Origin: Azolla caroliniana
Taxonomy: Eukaryota > Plantae > Polypodiophyta
Length of the DNA stretch: 64,000 bases
Direction of reading: 5' to 3'
Assembly: GCA_043228905.1 (NCBI GenBank)
Contig: JBHGNT010000022.1
Location: forward strand, 8,308,001-8,372,000
In this document: piece after piece, positions 12,401 through 24,610 of the stretch
Layout: the number at the start of each line of letters is the position of its first letter
Numbering within the stretch: the first letter of the stretch is position 1
Notes under the pieces: model-generated
What the model was told of the DNA's origin: nothing
The model's input: only the letters and a program-made list of their open reading frames with translations
Database searches by the model: none
Program-made: the position numbers and the translations under genes

Positions 12401-15400
12401 CATTGCTCCAATGTTTGAACAGTAAAAAATAGTGCCTAAGTGCACAGAATATTTCATCAGTGTCCTCAAGGATAGATACATAACTCATTTAAAGCTTTGT
12501 ATAGAGAATTCTCTTTGATTAGACATCCTCAATTATTAATTTCCATATTTCGTGAATATAAAAAACCAACTGATACAAGGATCTTAAAAGTTAGCTTCTG
12601 TAGTATGCAGCTTTATAATAGATGTTTTCTTCAAATAAGAGATGTTCAATTATCAACAATTTCCATATTTCTTAATATTCATAAGATAATCGTACCTTTC
12701 TTAATTGCTTAGCTCGATCCTGCAACTTTATTTTATTGACAGGTATAGCAGCATGGGTATTTTGCAGCCAGTTTCTTTTCCCATTATGATCCACATAGCT
12801 GGCCATGTTGGCAGATCCATCAAGGTGCTCTACGGCAACAACAACTTTAAAACAAGAAGAACAAGGAACAATAATAATGAGTAGATATATGAGCCATGTG
12901 GTATCTAGGTGTGTCTCAAAAATCATTGTAACACAAAGATACGAGGATTGCAGCTAGGCAATGATAATGGTCCCAAGTACAGAATATTGGCAGAATTTGT
13001 GATGGTGTACAGAACATTGTTTGAATTTGTGACAATGCAATGTTCAAATCAACTATTATAAAATGTCAAGCTATACATCTACATAGGGAGAAAACGATCA
13101 TCACATGAACACCAGGGAAACTGCTAAGTTGTATGGTGGAAAGAAGGCTTTCGCATGAAAAATGTACTGGGAGAACCTTAGGTTGATGCTAACCTTTGAA
13201 AGGTAATTTCAATTGACCAATCCTTTCTATTACCACTTGTCATCAACCTTGGACATTTGGGAACTTGGAAGTGACAATTTCATGCCATGACAATTTCCCA
13301 TAGAGATGCAAATGATCAAACGGTCGGTTTTTAGACTTGCATACATAGGCACTAGCAAGTTAATGCATAACGTTTACTCTAGAAATCTTTAACCACGTGG
13401 TCTATTACCGAAGATGTTTTTTAATTCACAAAGTTAAAGCATGTGTTCATTTTGAAGAAATAAATATCTTTAGTACATTGCTCTTTCTGAATAAATTAAG
13501 TCCAGTAAAAACAGATTCTTCAGAATAGGGAATTATAACCATTTAGACTACAAGTAATATTCAAAGGAAACACAATCATTTCTACTTGAATTCTACCTTA
13601 AGACTAGCAGTGAACAAACTCTTAGAAATTACACATGATCTGATTTGTAGTTTTGCTTACACCCATTCACACGATAGAATGAAAGAAGCTAGGCCATATT
13701 GAAGTTGGTAAAAAGGCCAAATCCTTTTCAATAGTTTTGAGAACTTTCAGAATCAGTGAATTCAAGGTCCTGGAACTGTAGAGTTACAAGCTTCATTTTG
13801 TGAAGATCAGCCTATTAAATGTTTGTTCTATGTTGATCAGAAATCTTGCTGAAATTGAAATTTGCTTTAAAGCATTCAACTCTGAAATGCGCAATTCAAC
13901 AGTCTGGGTAAATTTTCCATTTAAATCCAGTTATAGCTAAAAGAAAACTGACCAAATTAATTTAATTCTCACAGAAAACAAGTGGTTGTTTGACAAATGG
14001 GATATAATTCTAAGACCATGGCATTGACCTTGATAAATACACATTCTCAGCCTAATAAACAAACAGAAATTACATTAACTGTAAATGTTGAAATAGTTCT
14101 TACCATGTATTCATACATGATAATTTCATGCTTGTGTGGCAGCTAAAGATGTAGAGAAAGGTATCAGTTTCATTTCGTCTTCATGCATTGCTGCAGCCCG
14201 TAGTACATAAGTTTGAAAGATTGAACGTTTTATTCTATTAACTAGTTTATCTAGTTTTGTTTCATTTCTGTAGTTTTCTGCACTCTTCTATAAGATGGCA
14301 TCCTCTCTTCATTTTCAGATTGACGCCTTTAGTTTTATCATAGAAGAAGACAAGCTCAAAAAGATCATCCTATGTGGTCACGTACAGCACACCATCATCA
14401 GTAAGTATCTGTGAAACAAGTGTAGTGACCCTTTCAGATCACTGTCCACATCTTTGGACTAAATGGCTATTTTAGTAGAAACGCTAATGCTCAGGCCTTA
14501 GTGAACTACCATGTAGAATGTTTCATTAGGTTTGTTAGACCTTAATAAACTAACATCATTAGAATGCCAACGGGACTTTCGTAATTACTATGACCAGATT
14601 TCTGGTTGATCGTAATACTTTAGAGTGCATTCCGTTCCATATTTGATTTGTACGAAGGTGAGGGGAGATATACCTAATTGATCCTCATGTTCAAATTTTG
14701 TATGCTCAACTCTAGAGTCTTAAGAGTCTTTGAAAATGAAAGTTTGGAAATGGTTATTGTTATGCTTAGGATCTTCCTAACGTAGTGTTTCCTTCTCTAA
14801 TACTCGATAGTCATATCATGTTCAGTCACTCAGTATCACGTGTAGAACCTCCTGGTAATGCTTTTGTTGAGAAAGGATGATCCTCTGACATGTCTGGTAA
14901 ATCTCAAAACCAAGAAAGCAGTGCACAGGTCAGAGATTAGTGGTTTCACAGGTCTGCTCCAAAGGTTGCATGATGTAATTTGTCTACAAACTTGTAAAGA
15001 TGGCATTAGTATAAGCTACAATGATAGTTATCAGTGATGATGGTTGCAGAACATAGCAATTGCAGTCAGCCTTGGTTCTATTGCATGACATGTCCAGAAG
15101 AAACATATCTAAGTTCTAGATCCAAGTTTGAGGAGGTTGCTTAAGCCATATTAATTAGATGACTCTCCATGCTTTGGACAGAAAAACTTAGTGGCTAGTC
15201 CAAAAAGAACTATTGTTCAAGGTCTCTGTGAAAGACATCGCCTTTTAGCCCAAGCCACTGATGAAACACTAGAGAACACTGCCAAATGTTCTGGCTACCA
15301 TACTTATATGCATTATACATCTTTGGCCATAAAGGGTAGGACCTTCATTTAGCTCAAATAAATAATGTACACAAATAGCGTTTCTATTTCCATTCAAGTC

Positions 15401-16452
15401 TCCAGCAGATAGCAAACCAAAGAAAGGCAGAGTAAAGTACTTACTGTAACCATGGGAAGCAAGATCGCAGCAAAATGCAGTATAAGTAGTCCTACAAGCC
15501 CACAACCCATGCGAGAATATAACAACAGGAAGTCTCCTGTCCTCATCTTTATCACTCACAGGTAAAAGCGGCCCTCCAACTGATGCTTGAATAAAAACTC
15601 CCAAGCACATGACTGAGTGGATGGTACCTGAAAGGCAGATACACGTCCTTAACTGGTGATCAACTTGACTAAATTACCCAAACCAAAGCCTCATTATATC
15701 AGATCGTATATTTCCTTGCTCAAGATCACATTATGAATGAAAATTTTAGCTAGCTTTCTTGACAATCAGGTGAAGCTATTGATAGTTATCATATTGCTGG
15801 ATATATACTGATTGTATAGCAGACAATGTCTTTTCTCAATTATAAATCAGGTTTTGAACCAGGTTTATTGATGACCAGGTTAAGACGGCATTTTGTTTAC
15901 CTATAGATGCCTTTTGATAGTCTCAGATTAATCCAGCAAAAAATGATTGCTCTTTAAGGGGTTGCCCAGGGGATATTTGGGTTTTTCTCCGAGTTTTTCC
16001 AAGAGAAAGAGAGAGAGACAGAGAGATCACATCCGTTTTTAGTAGAAGATTGGTATGTAACCAACGAAGCATAGAGATCGAACAAAAGAAAAACCTGCGA
16101 GGATCGAAATAAAGAATCGTTGCATAGCCGAGGATGGTCGGATAAGCTTTGAGACATATCCCCAAGTGTACATAAGACTGGGGATCCATCGCCTGGATCT
16201 TTGAAACAACAAAGAAAAATCTCTAATTGAAACCTTTCTATTCTGCTGCGAGGTTGGGTAGAAAATTCTGATGAGGGGAGCGCCGTGTGCATCCGCTAAA
16301 CCTACAAAGTCAGGCCTGTTCTGATGTTCCCTCGAAGATGAAGGAGACCTGCTCAGGTTTCCTCCACTACGTATTATTTCTGCTGTTGTTCTTCTGAGCT
16401 CGAAATCTGCAAAGGCTACACCGTAAGGTCCAAAAGGCTTCGGAAGCCCCAT
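9139..16452 (-). CDS. Platelet-activating factor acetylhydrolase-like alpha/beta hydrolase (PAF-AH / Lp-PLA2 family), 8 coding exons, about 444 aa
   Basis: Exons 16452-16095, 15627-15445, 12844-12696, 12206-11955, 11188-11027, 10938-10874, 9412-9324 and 9215-9139 all have GT-AG boundaries with matching phases and total 1335 nt. Motifs: LPKPFGPYGV, PVVIFSHGL, DLASHGYIVVAVEHLDGSA, GHSFGGATA (Ser), AMDVW (Asp), HQDQSDF (His). Confidence 0.93.
10874..10938 (-). CDS. PAF-AH-like exon 6 (catalytic His), too short for the ORF track
   Basis: Acceptor TTCAG; encodes GSSHQDQSDFSIVFPRIMKNIG; donor GTACGT, phase 2. Confidence 0.9.
11027..11188 (-). CDS. PAF-AH-like exon 5
   Basis: Acceptor GATAG; encodes PVLLLNTENF; donor GTAAAT. 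Confidence 0.9.
11955..12206 (-). CDS. PAF-AH-like exon 4 (catalytic Ser and Asp)
   Basis: Acceptor TGCAG; encodes GHSFGGATA and AMDVWWEP; donor GTAAAG. Confidence 0.93.
12696..12844 (-). CDS. PAF-AH-like exon 3
   Basis: Acceptor TTTAAAG; encodes VVAVEHLDGSA...QLRK; donor GTACGA. Confidence 0.92.
15445..15627 (-). CDS. PAF-AH-like exon 2
   Basis: Acceptor TTTCAG; encodes LPVVIFSHGL...DLASHGY; donor GTAAGT. Confidence 0.92.
16095..16452 (-). CDS. PAF-AH-like exon 1
   Basis: ATG at 16452 (MGLPKPFGPYGV...IRIFYPT); donor CAG|GTTTTT, phase 1. Confidence 0.85.
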
Positions 16453-18640
16453 TATTCTTCCTGCTTCTTACAAGAATCTCCTTCTCCTTCTCCTTCTCCT
16501 TCTTTCTTCTTTCTTCTTTCTTCCTCCTTGATGCTTTCTTCACATATAGGCCATGGCGGCTGCATCTGGGAAGAAGATGCCAATGATGAGAGAAGGAGGG
16601 AACAGATGTTGCCATGGCAACAAAAACACAGACAGACAGAACAGACAGCAAAACATGTGGCACAGGAAAGAGAAGGCAAAGAAGATGAAGACAACAGACA
16701 AAGACAGACAAAGACAAAGACAAATGGGAGGGGATGGTGTCCGGTCCGTCTATTTCTGTCCGTCCATCCGTCCCCAGTAAGTGTCGATGGGCGCCTCCTC
16801 ATGTCTGGACCTTCCTGCCTGCCTCGTCTACCTGCCTCCTGATGAGTCCCTCGTGTTTGCACCAGCCTTTTGTCTGTTGTCTATCTATCTGTTGACTCGA
16901 CCGATGCACTCCCTGTCTCTCGTTACCCCATCCTTGTCCTACTCACCCCGCCCTCGACAATCACTCCTAGCCAATTGCGCTTTTTAGTTGTCCCCACCCA
17001 CCCAGTACACCATTGATTGCTCGATCTGCCCTTCTGCTCTTTTTAGGCTTTTGTATGTTGCTTGCATCTGGCCCTTCGTCCCTTTTTGTGATGAGCTGTT
17101 GATGGCATGCATTGCTGCCCGCCGTCATGGTAGTGGCATTTTGTCACCGATCTGCTCTTGTGCTCTTTATTAGGCTTTTTTGCATGCCGTTGCTGCATTT
17201 GGCCCGCCGTCGTCGCGTTTTGTGATGAGTTGTCAATGGCATGTATTGCCAACCCGCCGTCATGATAGTGGCATTTGTGGTGCGCAAGACAACCACCGAT
17301 TCACCACTCGTGCATACACATATTGAATCCGAGGTTGGCATGTCAACAAACAAGAGGCCCTTTGTGTTGTTGATTGTTTGTATGCCACAGGTTGTCAACG
17401 TGTAAACAAGTGGGACAGAAGTAGCCTCTCACCGTGTCCTCCGCACATCTAGATGGGTGCAAGCAGTATCCAACGGGTATTGACCTTGCATTTCAACATG
17501 CCCGTATGTGAGGCAACTTTAAGGATAGTCTAGATGAATAAGCCCCCAATTACTTGTTTGGATTGTGGAGAAATTGCCTCATATTAAGGCTCTTACCATT
17601 GCCAACCTTGCTCACACAAACAATGCAAATGTGGGTCCATTGTATGGAACATTCACCCAAGTTGAGTAACAAATTTCTTCATGTAGATTCAATAGCTAAT
17701 GAGTAGGTGGGTAGGGTACTCACTTTTATGATGATTCATTGCAAGCTTGGCTTGTACCATGGCATGTGTTAGCTCAATGGATTCACAAACATCTAAGGTT
17801 ACTAGATTCCATGGTATGTCCAAATAAGAGTTGCTCTTAACGCCTTTCAAGTAGAGAACTATAAATTCATACCTTTCATCGAGTGCCCACAAAAGGAAAA
17901 TCTATAGAACTAAACTCGAATGACTATAAACATATGTTAGGATATATAATAGCACCAAGTAACAATCTTATTTATGACTGTTCCTAAAGTGTTTTCGTCA
18001 TCCACATGTTTGGGATTTTATATGTAGAAACTCTGTAGCTTTATCTTCAGAAAAAATACTAAAGCATGATGTCAACCATGACTTGTATGTCTCCTTTTTT
18101 GTGTTCTACTTATTTTTTAGAACATTAATATGCCTAACTAATGGGCACATCATGTTGTCACGTATAGTAACAAGTTCGATGTCTCAAATTGGGGGTTTTA
18201 TAGATAGATATATAGATAATGTTGTCTCATATAAGATACATCACTACTTGACGAGTATGTTGAAAGTTCGTGATGCTTCTTCTTGTTGTGCCACAACTCT
18301 GCAATATAACTCACATGATTTACTTTTTAGAATCACTTAATATTACTTGTGAGAAACCACGAAGTTAGGTTAAACCCCACAAAATAACAAAGGGAAATGT
18401 GCAAAATTGTTGAGTAGACACTACATTGTTGGTATGATAATCTTATTGTTTCTCACCTTAAACATCCAATATAGCATGTGACGTACTTTTTCAAAACCCC
18501 CCCCTTGTTTATGTTTTTTCATGTGTAATCACATGGTTGGTTAGCTTCATGTCATATTCAAATACACCACCTTTCTTTATCTCATTGGCCACAACCACAA
18601 TTTAGGTATATATATATGAGTGATATTAAACTATTGCATG

Positions 18641-18769
<129 letters not shown>

Positions 18770-18783
18770 AAGTCCTGCCTAAA

Positions 18784-18968
18784 TGGATGTAGCTTAGTTG
18801 GTAAGGTTGCCCAATGGAGACCAGGTGGTCATGGGTTCAACCCCTACATTCCACAGTGGCATCTAGTAATAGAGAGAAGTGAGAAAATTGGGTTTTAAAC
18901 GCAAGACACTATGCTTGTAGTGTTAACAACTTACCACTAAGGTAAGCTAATTATGCAAAAAAAGAAAG
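18784..18968 (+). mobile_element. tRNA-derived SINE
   Basis: A box TAGCTTAGTTGG (18790-18801), B box GGTTCAACCC (18834-18843), no intact cloverleaf, A-rich tail near 18957-18968. Confidence 0.7.
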
Positions 18969-19269
18969 AGAGATCCTTTTTCAAAAATAATTTCCAAGTA
19001 AAAAAGCAACTTTTTTAGTTTAAAGTTTGAGCAATTGACTTCCATATGGTTGCTTCATTTGAACATTGATTGTGTTGTTTCCTTTTTTACATGGAAATTT
19101 ATTTCTCCATGTTATACCGAACATCATATTCCTTCAAAAGAGATTCTTGACAACAAGTAATAAACTGCAAATTGCAACAATACATCTATGGATGAACACG
19201 ACTCATCCTTGGTTGATTGCTAGCAAATTTTTACATGCCAGAAATGAAAGATGGAAGGTGCATGATGTT

Positions 19270-20993
19270 AGTTAGGGTCATTGCCTCTATTAACATTAAG
19301 CAAGCTGAAGAAAATGATGAAAAGGCATTGGTCCACTCAACCCCCCCTAGCAAAGGTGAGAGACGGATCCAAACCCCTTGTCGGTGTCCCATACCATAGT
19401 GTACGGGCATGGATCGTACTTTGGGTTTGAAGGAGGCACACGTGTATGAAGCTAGAGCTTTGCCACACTATCAGAATCTCTATCTTAGAACATAAAAGAA
19501 AAAAGATACTCCTTCACGAAGGTAGCTAGCCTTCTTACATAGGCCAAACCCTAGGCTATCGTGTGTGTTTCCCATTTGGTTGTTTTTTTTATAACAAGTA
19601 GCTTATGTATCTCATAATGATGTAACCTAATAATCATGTCAATGTTGTGACATTATCCTCCCTCTAAGGCTACCTCCTAAGACTTGCGGTTGGCTTATGT
19701 GGGTATTGTGGATGAAAAGCTGAATGCCCTTCGGAGCATTTTGTAAATGTGTAACCGGTTCCCAAGTGGCGTCCGAAATGGGGTAACCTTTCCATAAGAC
19801 CAAATATTGAAGTTGACAACAATGCAAGCGTGATTCAAGGTGGAGTTCAAGGAGAGAAACGAAAACATTGTGAATCCTGAATTCTAAGGAAGTGCTAACC
19901 GAAAGGCGACTTCGTTGACTCGCTCGATGATACGGAAAGGGCCTAGCTTTTTGTAGTCCAATTTAGCATAGGGACGTGTGGTGGAAATTAGAAAACATTG
20001 TGAATCTTGAATTTTGGGGGAAGTGCTAACCGGAAGGTGAGTTGTTGTAATCCAGTTTAGCACCAGGACATGTGGTGGTGATTAGAAAACATTGTGAATC
20101 CCGAATTCTAGGGGAAGTCCAAACCGGAAGGCGACTTGATTGACTCGCTTGATGATATGGAATGGGCCTAGCTTTTTGTAGTCCAATTTAGCGCAGGGAC
20201 CTGTGGTGGTGATGTGGCGACGTAGTAGCCAAACCATGTGTCACGGACACACCAAGCGCGGACTAGCACGGAGCACAGATGATGAGGCTACAAGCGACGG
20301 ATGAACTTGGAGCTAGATGTGACAAGGCTAGGAACTCTAGATGTTGTGCGCAACATGAGGGCATGAAGACAAAAATAAAGATCAAGGAGACAAAGATGAG
20401 GCGAATGAGAATACTAGATTGATGTGTCAATGACTGGTGTTGAATCCCTTGAAAGGGACCAAGGATGTTACAAGTATTTATACAATTTCCGAGATTGAAT
20501 ATCTCTAGAATATACTCGAGAATATACCTGTTTAGAATATACCACAGAATAATTCTAGACAACTCCAATGGCGAAGTCGGAGGCATCGGTTTCAACTTGG
20601 AAGGTTCTCATTGGGTCGGGGTGGACCGACACTAGGGTTGAGAGTAAAGTTGCCTTGAGGGCATTAAAAGAACTTTGTGTCATGGAGGTCTAGAGAAATG
20701 GAGTATCTTTTCTAGTAAGCATGATTAGAGGTTGCACTAGAGATCATGTAGCCCAAGAATTCCACAGAGGTTCCGTCATATTCACACTTCTCACTTTTCG
20801 CGTAAAGCCCATGTTCCTGAAGTTTGGTTAGAACTAGTTGGATGTGTTGTGTGTGCTCCTTTATGTTGGAAGAAAAAACTAAGATGTCGTTAAGGTAGAT
20901 TACCACGAAGTGATCAAGATACTCAAGAAATATATTTTTCATCATGTGCTGGAAGACTGTCCGAGCGTTGGTGAGACCGAATGACATCACCTT
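19270..20993 (-). mobile_element. Fragmented chromovirus (Gypsy): RT piece, integrase C-terminus, chromodomain, PPT and 3' LTR; left limit approximate
   Basis: RT FGLTNA..FQHMM..VIYLND (20712-20990); chromodomain YLVLWKGYPISDATWEP (19639-19827); PPT (plus strand CCTCCCTCT) beside an LTR terminus TGTGACA at 19652. Confidence 0.8.
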
Positions 20994-21465
20994 TGTAGAA
21001 AGTTACGTGTGTAGAAGCTTTGTGCACTAGACACAATTGGCTCAGCCGGACAACAAAAGACAATTAGGAATATACAGAGTAAGAGAGAGAGAAACTAAGT
21101 GAGCAGACACCAACTTCTATTACAAAAGTAACACTTAGTACATACACTTAACAAAGTACTTTTTATACAAGCCTCTGATGTAGGTTGACTCAAGTACTGA
21201 CAAGTACTTCAATGCTCATAATCGAGCATCTGGCATTGACTCCCAAAAATATTCCTATTTATGAATAGGAACATCGGCCCTAACTCCTTGCTCGCTGCAT
21301 AACGATCCGGCTTCTGGCTTCTTCGCCCGGCCGACGCATGTTGAACTTGTCTCTCAACACTCCCCCTCAAGCTCAACTTGAGGTCTTGTTAGTTCATGAG
21401 CTAGTTCTTCGCTCCAGCTTCTCCTGGCTTCATGCCTCCTTGCTCACGCTCCTTGACCTACACGC
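20994..21465 (-). mobile_element. Copia 3' LTR (20994-21359) with PPT and short 3' UTR, same family as the LTRs at 3273 and 4504
   Basis: TTGTCTCTCAACA-CTCCCCCTCAAGCTCAACTTGAGG is the reverse complement of 3249-3285. It interrupts the chromovirus RT. Confidence 0.88.
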
Positions 21466-24400
21466 TGTCGTGAAGATTTTTGGCAACACTATGAAAATTG
21501 CGTGGAACGAGGAAAATCGAGAAGGTGCAATGTGCACACATATGAAAGGAGTGATGGTTACACATGTATGTTAGCACGTTAATGTGCACGTGTGATGTGT
21601 GTTTAGGTGTTCATTACACAAGATATAAAAATAAGCCTAGTGACATACAATGAGGTGCAAGTAAGGTTTTGAACCTTACATCTCCAAGATAGGAGGCAAT
21701 TCACATACAATTAAGGCTAGGTTGTTCTCTTTAAAGTTTATTTTCTTCATTGTATTTTTCACATGTAACTGCTCGTACATGAGAGCTTGAATGAGGGACA
21801 TGGTCATCATGCATCACATGTGATACATGAGCGCCAAATGAAAATCATGCATCGCATGCATTCCATGCATACAATGAATGTCTTACACCCTCACATGCAT
21901 CATGTGCACGGGGGCAACTATATAAGAAGGAAAGGAAGGGAAAGGAACTCAAGTGATGTATGAAATTAATAAAATAATAATAAAAGATTAGTTGTCTCAT
22001 TGGCAATGTATATTGTCTCTCAATTTTGAGGTCAAAGGTTCAAACCCGATAATTGGAATTCTCGTTCGTATCTACCTATTTATTTACCTTTAATACTTTC
22101 TCGTTTGCGCTAGTCCTTCCGGTCTAGAACACTGACGGTCCCGCTTCATTGTCCTGTACGATCCCTTCGATCCTCCATCACCACTTGTGGATAGAGGCCG
22201 GTGCTTGTTTGCGCATGTGTAACACACACATCGTGACGTTTAGCACATGTGTCACGTTGTCGAGAAAATCCTCGCGGATGCGTAGAAGTTGGGCAGGACC
22301 ACAGGGGTCTTGAACCAAGGAATCAAGAAGTGAGAAGGAAGAATCTATGGTTTACATAAGCCCTGAGACCGCGGTTAAACAGAGAAGGTTAGCCAAACAA
22401 GAGAGAGAGAGAGAGTGTAAGAGGACCGTGTGTAGACACAATGCAGACAGAGATGCTGAGAACAACTTTCGTTAGGTAGATAACTTTCTATTAATCAAAA
22501 CATGCACGTGGCACTGTGGGTGATTACAACCGGATCAATGCCGGTGATAGAGCGTAGAGCTCTACAGTAGTTAGATACAAAGATACCTAGGCACGTAGAA
22601 GGTTGATCCCCTGGTTGGGAGCACTCGGGCGTCTGACGTGAGTAGGGGAGGCACCTTCCGGTGATCCGTCGTAGGACTCCTCGTCTTCCCTCCTCTCTGT
22701 TTCTTTTCTCCTCTTTAGATGATATATTTAAAATAGTCAAAGGTCGCCCCTTTTATAGTAAAAGGAGTGACCGTTACCTAGCATTCATGACATGTCGCTT
22801 TCCCTTCCTAGATTCTTTCCCCTGATTCGCTCTCCTCGTAACTCTCCCTACTTCCGCGATGTCAGAATTCCTATTAATGCCTTAACTACCTAGTACACCT
22901 CATTCTACCTATGCCTAGTACTTACACTATTTAATTCACTAGAGGTGTGCACTCATGCACACCAGTGTTCCTGCGTGTTTCACATTGTTTCCACCTATGG
23001 CCTGGAATCTTCACGACATCCACCCCCACTAAACTGCACATACTCCGGTATGTGCTGGGTAGTGAATTTAGTGAGGGATTCTGGGCCATCTGCTACTCGT
23101 CCTCCCCCTCTGAATTGGCGCTTTCGGCTCTCGCATCCGGTTCTACCTCGTTCTGCCTCTTGAAGGCCTTTATCCGCTTCCCGGCCGCCGGAGTCGTCAT
23201 TCGGGTCCCGTCGAGCTCCGCAAGATGATACGTCGCGTTATCGTTGACACTAATTACCACGTATGGCCCGAACCATTGCTTCGCGAACTTACGCGTAGAC
23301 CTATGCTGGTTGTCGAGGCTACTGTTGTAGACTAACACCCAATCACCTTCTTCGATCTTCCTTGGCCGGAGCCGGTGTGTTCGGTCGAACCGGGCCTTGT
23401 TTCAGATTCTCGCTTCTTTCACCCTCGCCATGGCCCGCTCTACGTCTGCTGGCTTTTGTTCGAGTTGCCGAATTCGGGTCGTTAACAATTCTTCTCGGCT
23501 CATTTCGTTGGCCCAATCGCTCGCCGTCCACGAGGCGATCGTCCGCTCCATTGGCATGATGGGTTTCTGTCCAAACATTAGTTCCGCCGGCATGTACCCT
23601 GTCACCGAACTGTGGGTAGTCTTGTCCGCCCATAGCGCGTAAGGGAGCAACCTCGGCCAGTCGCCGACTCGTCCTTCGCTCGCGCGTACAATGGCTTTTA
23701 CGATCGGACCGTGGCCCCGCTCAATCTTTCCATTTGCCTCTAGGTTGTACGCTGTCGTGAGGGACAATTTTACGCCTAGCCAGTCGAACAGTTCCTTGGC
23801 CTCTTCCGCGTCACCCGTTGTCGTGAAGAATTTCGGCCAGAGGTGAAAATCGGGAAACATTGGCTACATCGGCGGGGTGCAGCGTGTGTACGCACCCATG
23901 TACATTTAGTGTGAATATCGAGGGCGCCTTTATGGCGCCGAAGAGTAGTCAAGTGGGGACAGACGATCCCATGGAAGTCGGGATTTGTCCCACATTGTAA
24001 CGCATCCCTCTCCTTGTTCTATAAAAGGAAGGGATCGCCCTTTGTGGAGGGGTTGCCCATTTTGCATTAGAGGGTATACCGTTAGGTTTAGGGTTAGGTT
24101 TCTTCTGCTTCTTCTTCTTCCCCTTCGTGTTCGTTTAGGGTTTTCTTCAGCTCGTCTCCTGCGCAAGACCCCACTCGGCGCGACGAGCCCGTGAACTCCC
24201 CGACGGCGGCTTGGCAGCAGACGACTACTGTAACCTACCTCAGTCCGGCTCGAAGCCGGGAGTGTATTCTTCTTATATATATATACATATACTTTTGTGT
24301 CTGCCTGTGTATATTGGCGTCTTGTTGGTGTCGGGTGCTCCCCTTCTTCCCTGCGTTTCCTGTACATGAGTGTGTGTGTGTGTGTGTGTGCGCGCGCGCG

Positions 24401-24577
24401 TGAGTCGGTGTCAAGCACGCTCTCTCACTCTCTCTCTCTCCCTTCGGCTGCTTCCGGTGCGTTTTAGGGGTGCCCCAGAAACGGTGAAGTGCGACTTCCT
24501 ACGCTCCGTCGCTCCCTAGTCCAAGACCCCCGTGGTCCCGCCTTTCTCCACGCACGCGCGTAACAACGCGACATCTT

Positions 24578-24595
24578 TGGTGAACCCGACGTGAA
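24578..24595 (+). other. Primer-binding site complementary to tRNA-Trp
   Basis: TGGTGAACCCGACGTGAA is the reverse complement of the recalled plant tRNA-Trp 3' end TTCACGTCGGGTTCACCA; it sits 4 nt after the LTR. Confidence 0.88.
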
Positions 24596-24610
24596 AGGCG
24601 GCAAGGGAGG

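Noticed and set aside
16435-16452. N-myristoylation signal as in PAFAH2
   Set aside because: MGLPKP has Gly2, but prolines at positions 4 and 6 fit the consensus poorly.
18784-18860. Possible tRNA gene
   Set aside because: It has A and B boxes but no acceptor or anticodon stems, and an A-rich tail follows, so a SINE fits better.
20239-20700. LTR-like segment starting TGTCACGG inside the chromovirus remnant
   Set aside because: I could not find a matching TSD or a confident right end, so it is not annotated separately.
23930-24418. 162-aa and 166-aa ORFs repeated at 27648-28148, and similar pairs at 22495/33216 and 44205/47904
   Set aside because: They are incidental frames in paired LTRs and microsatellites, with no protein features.
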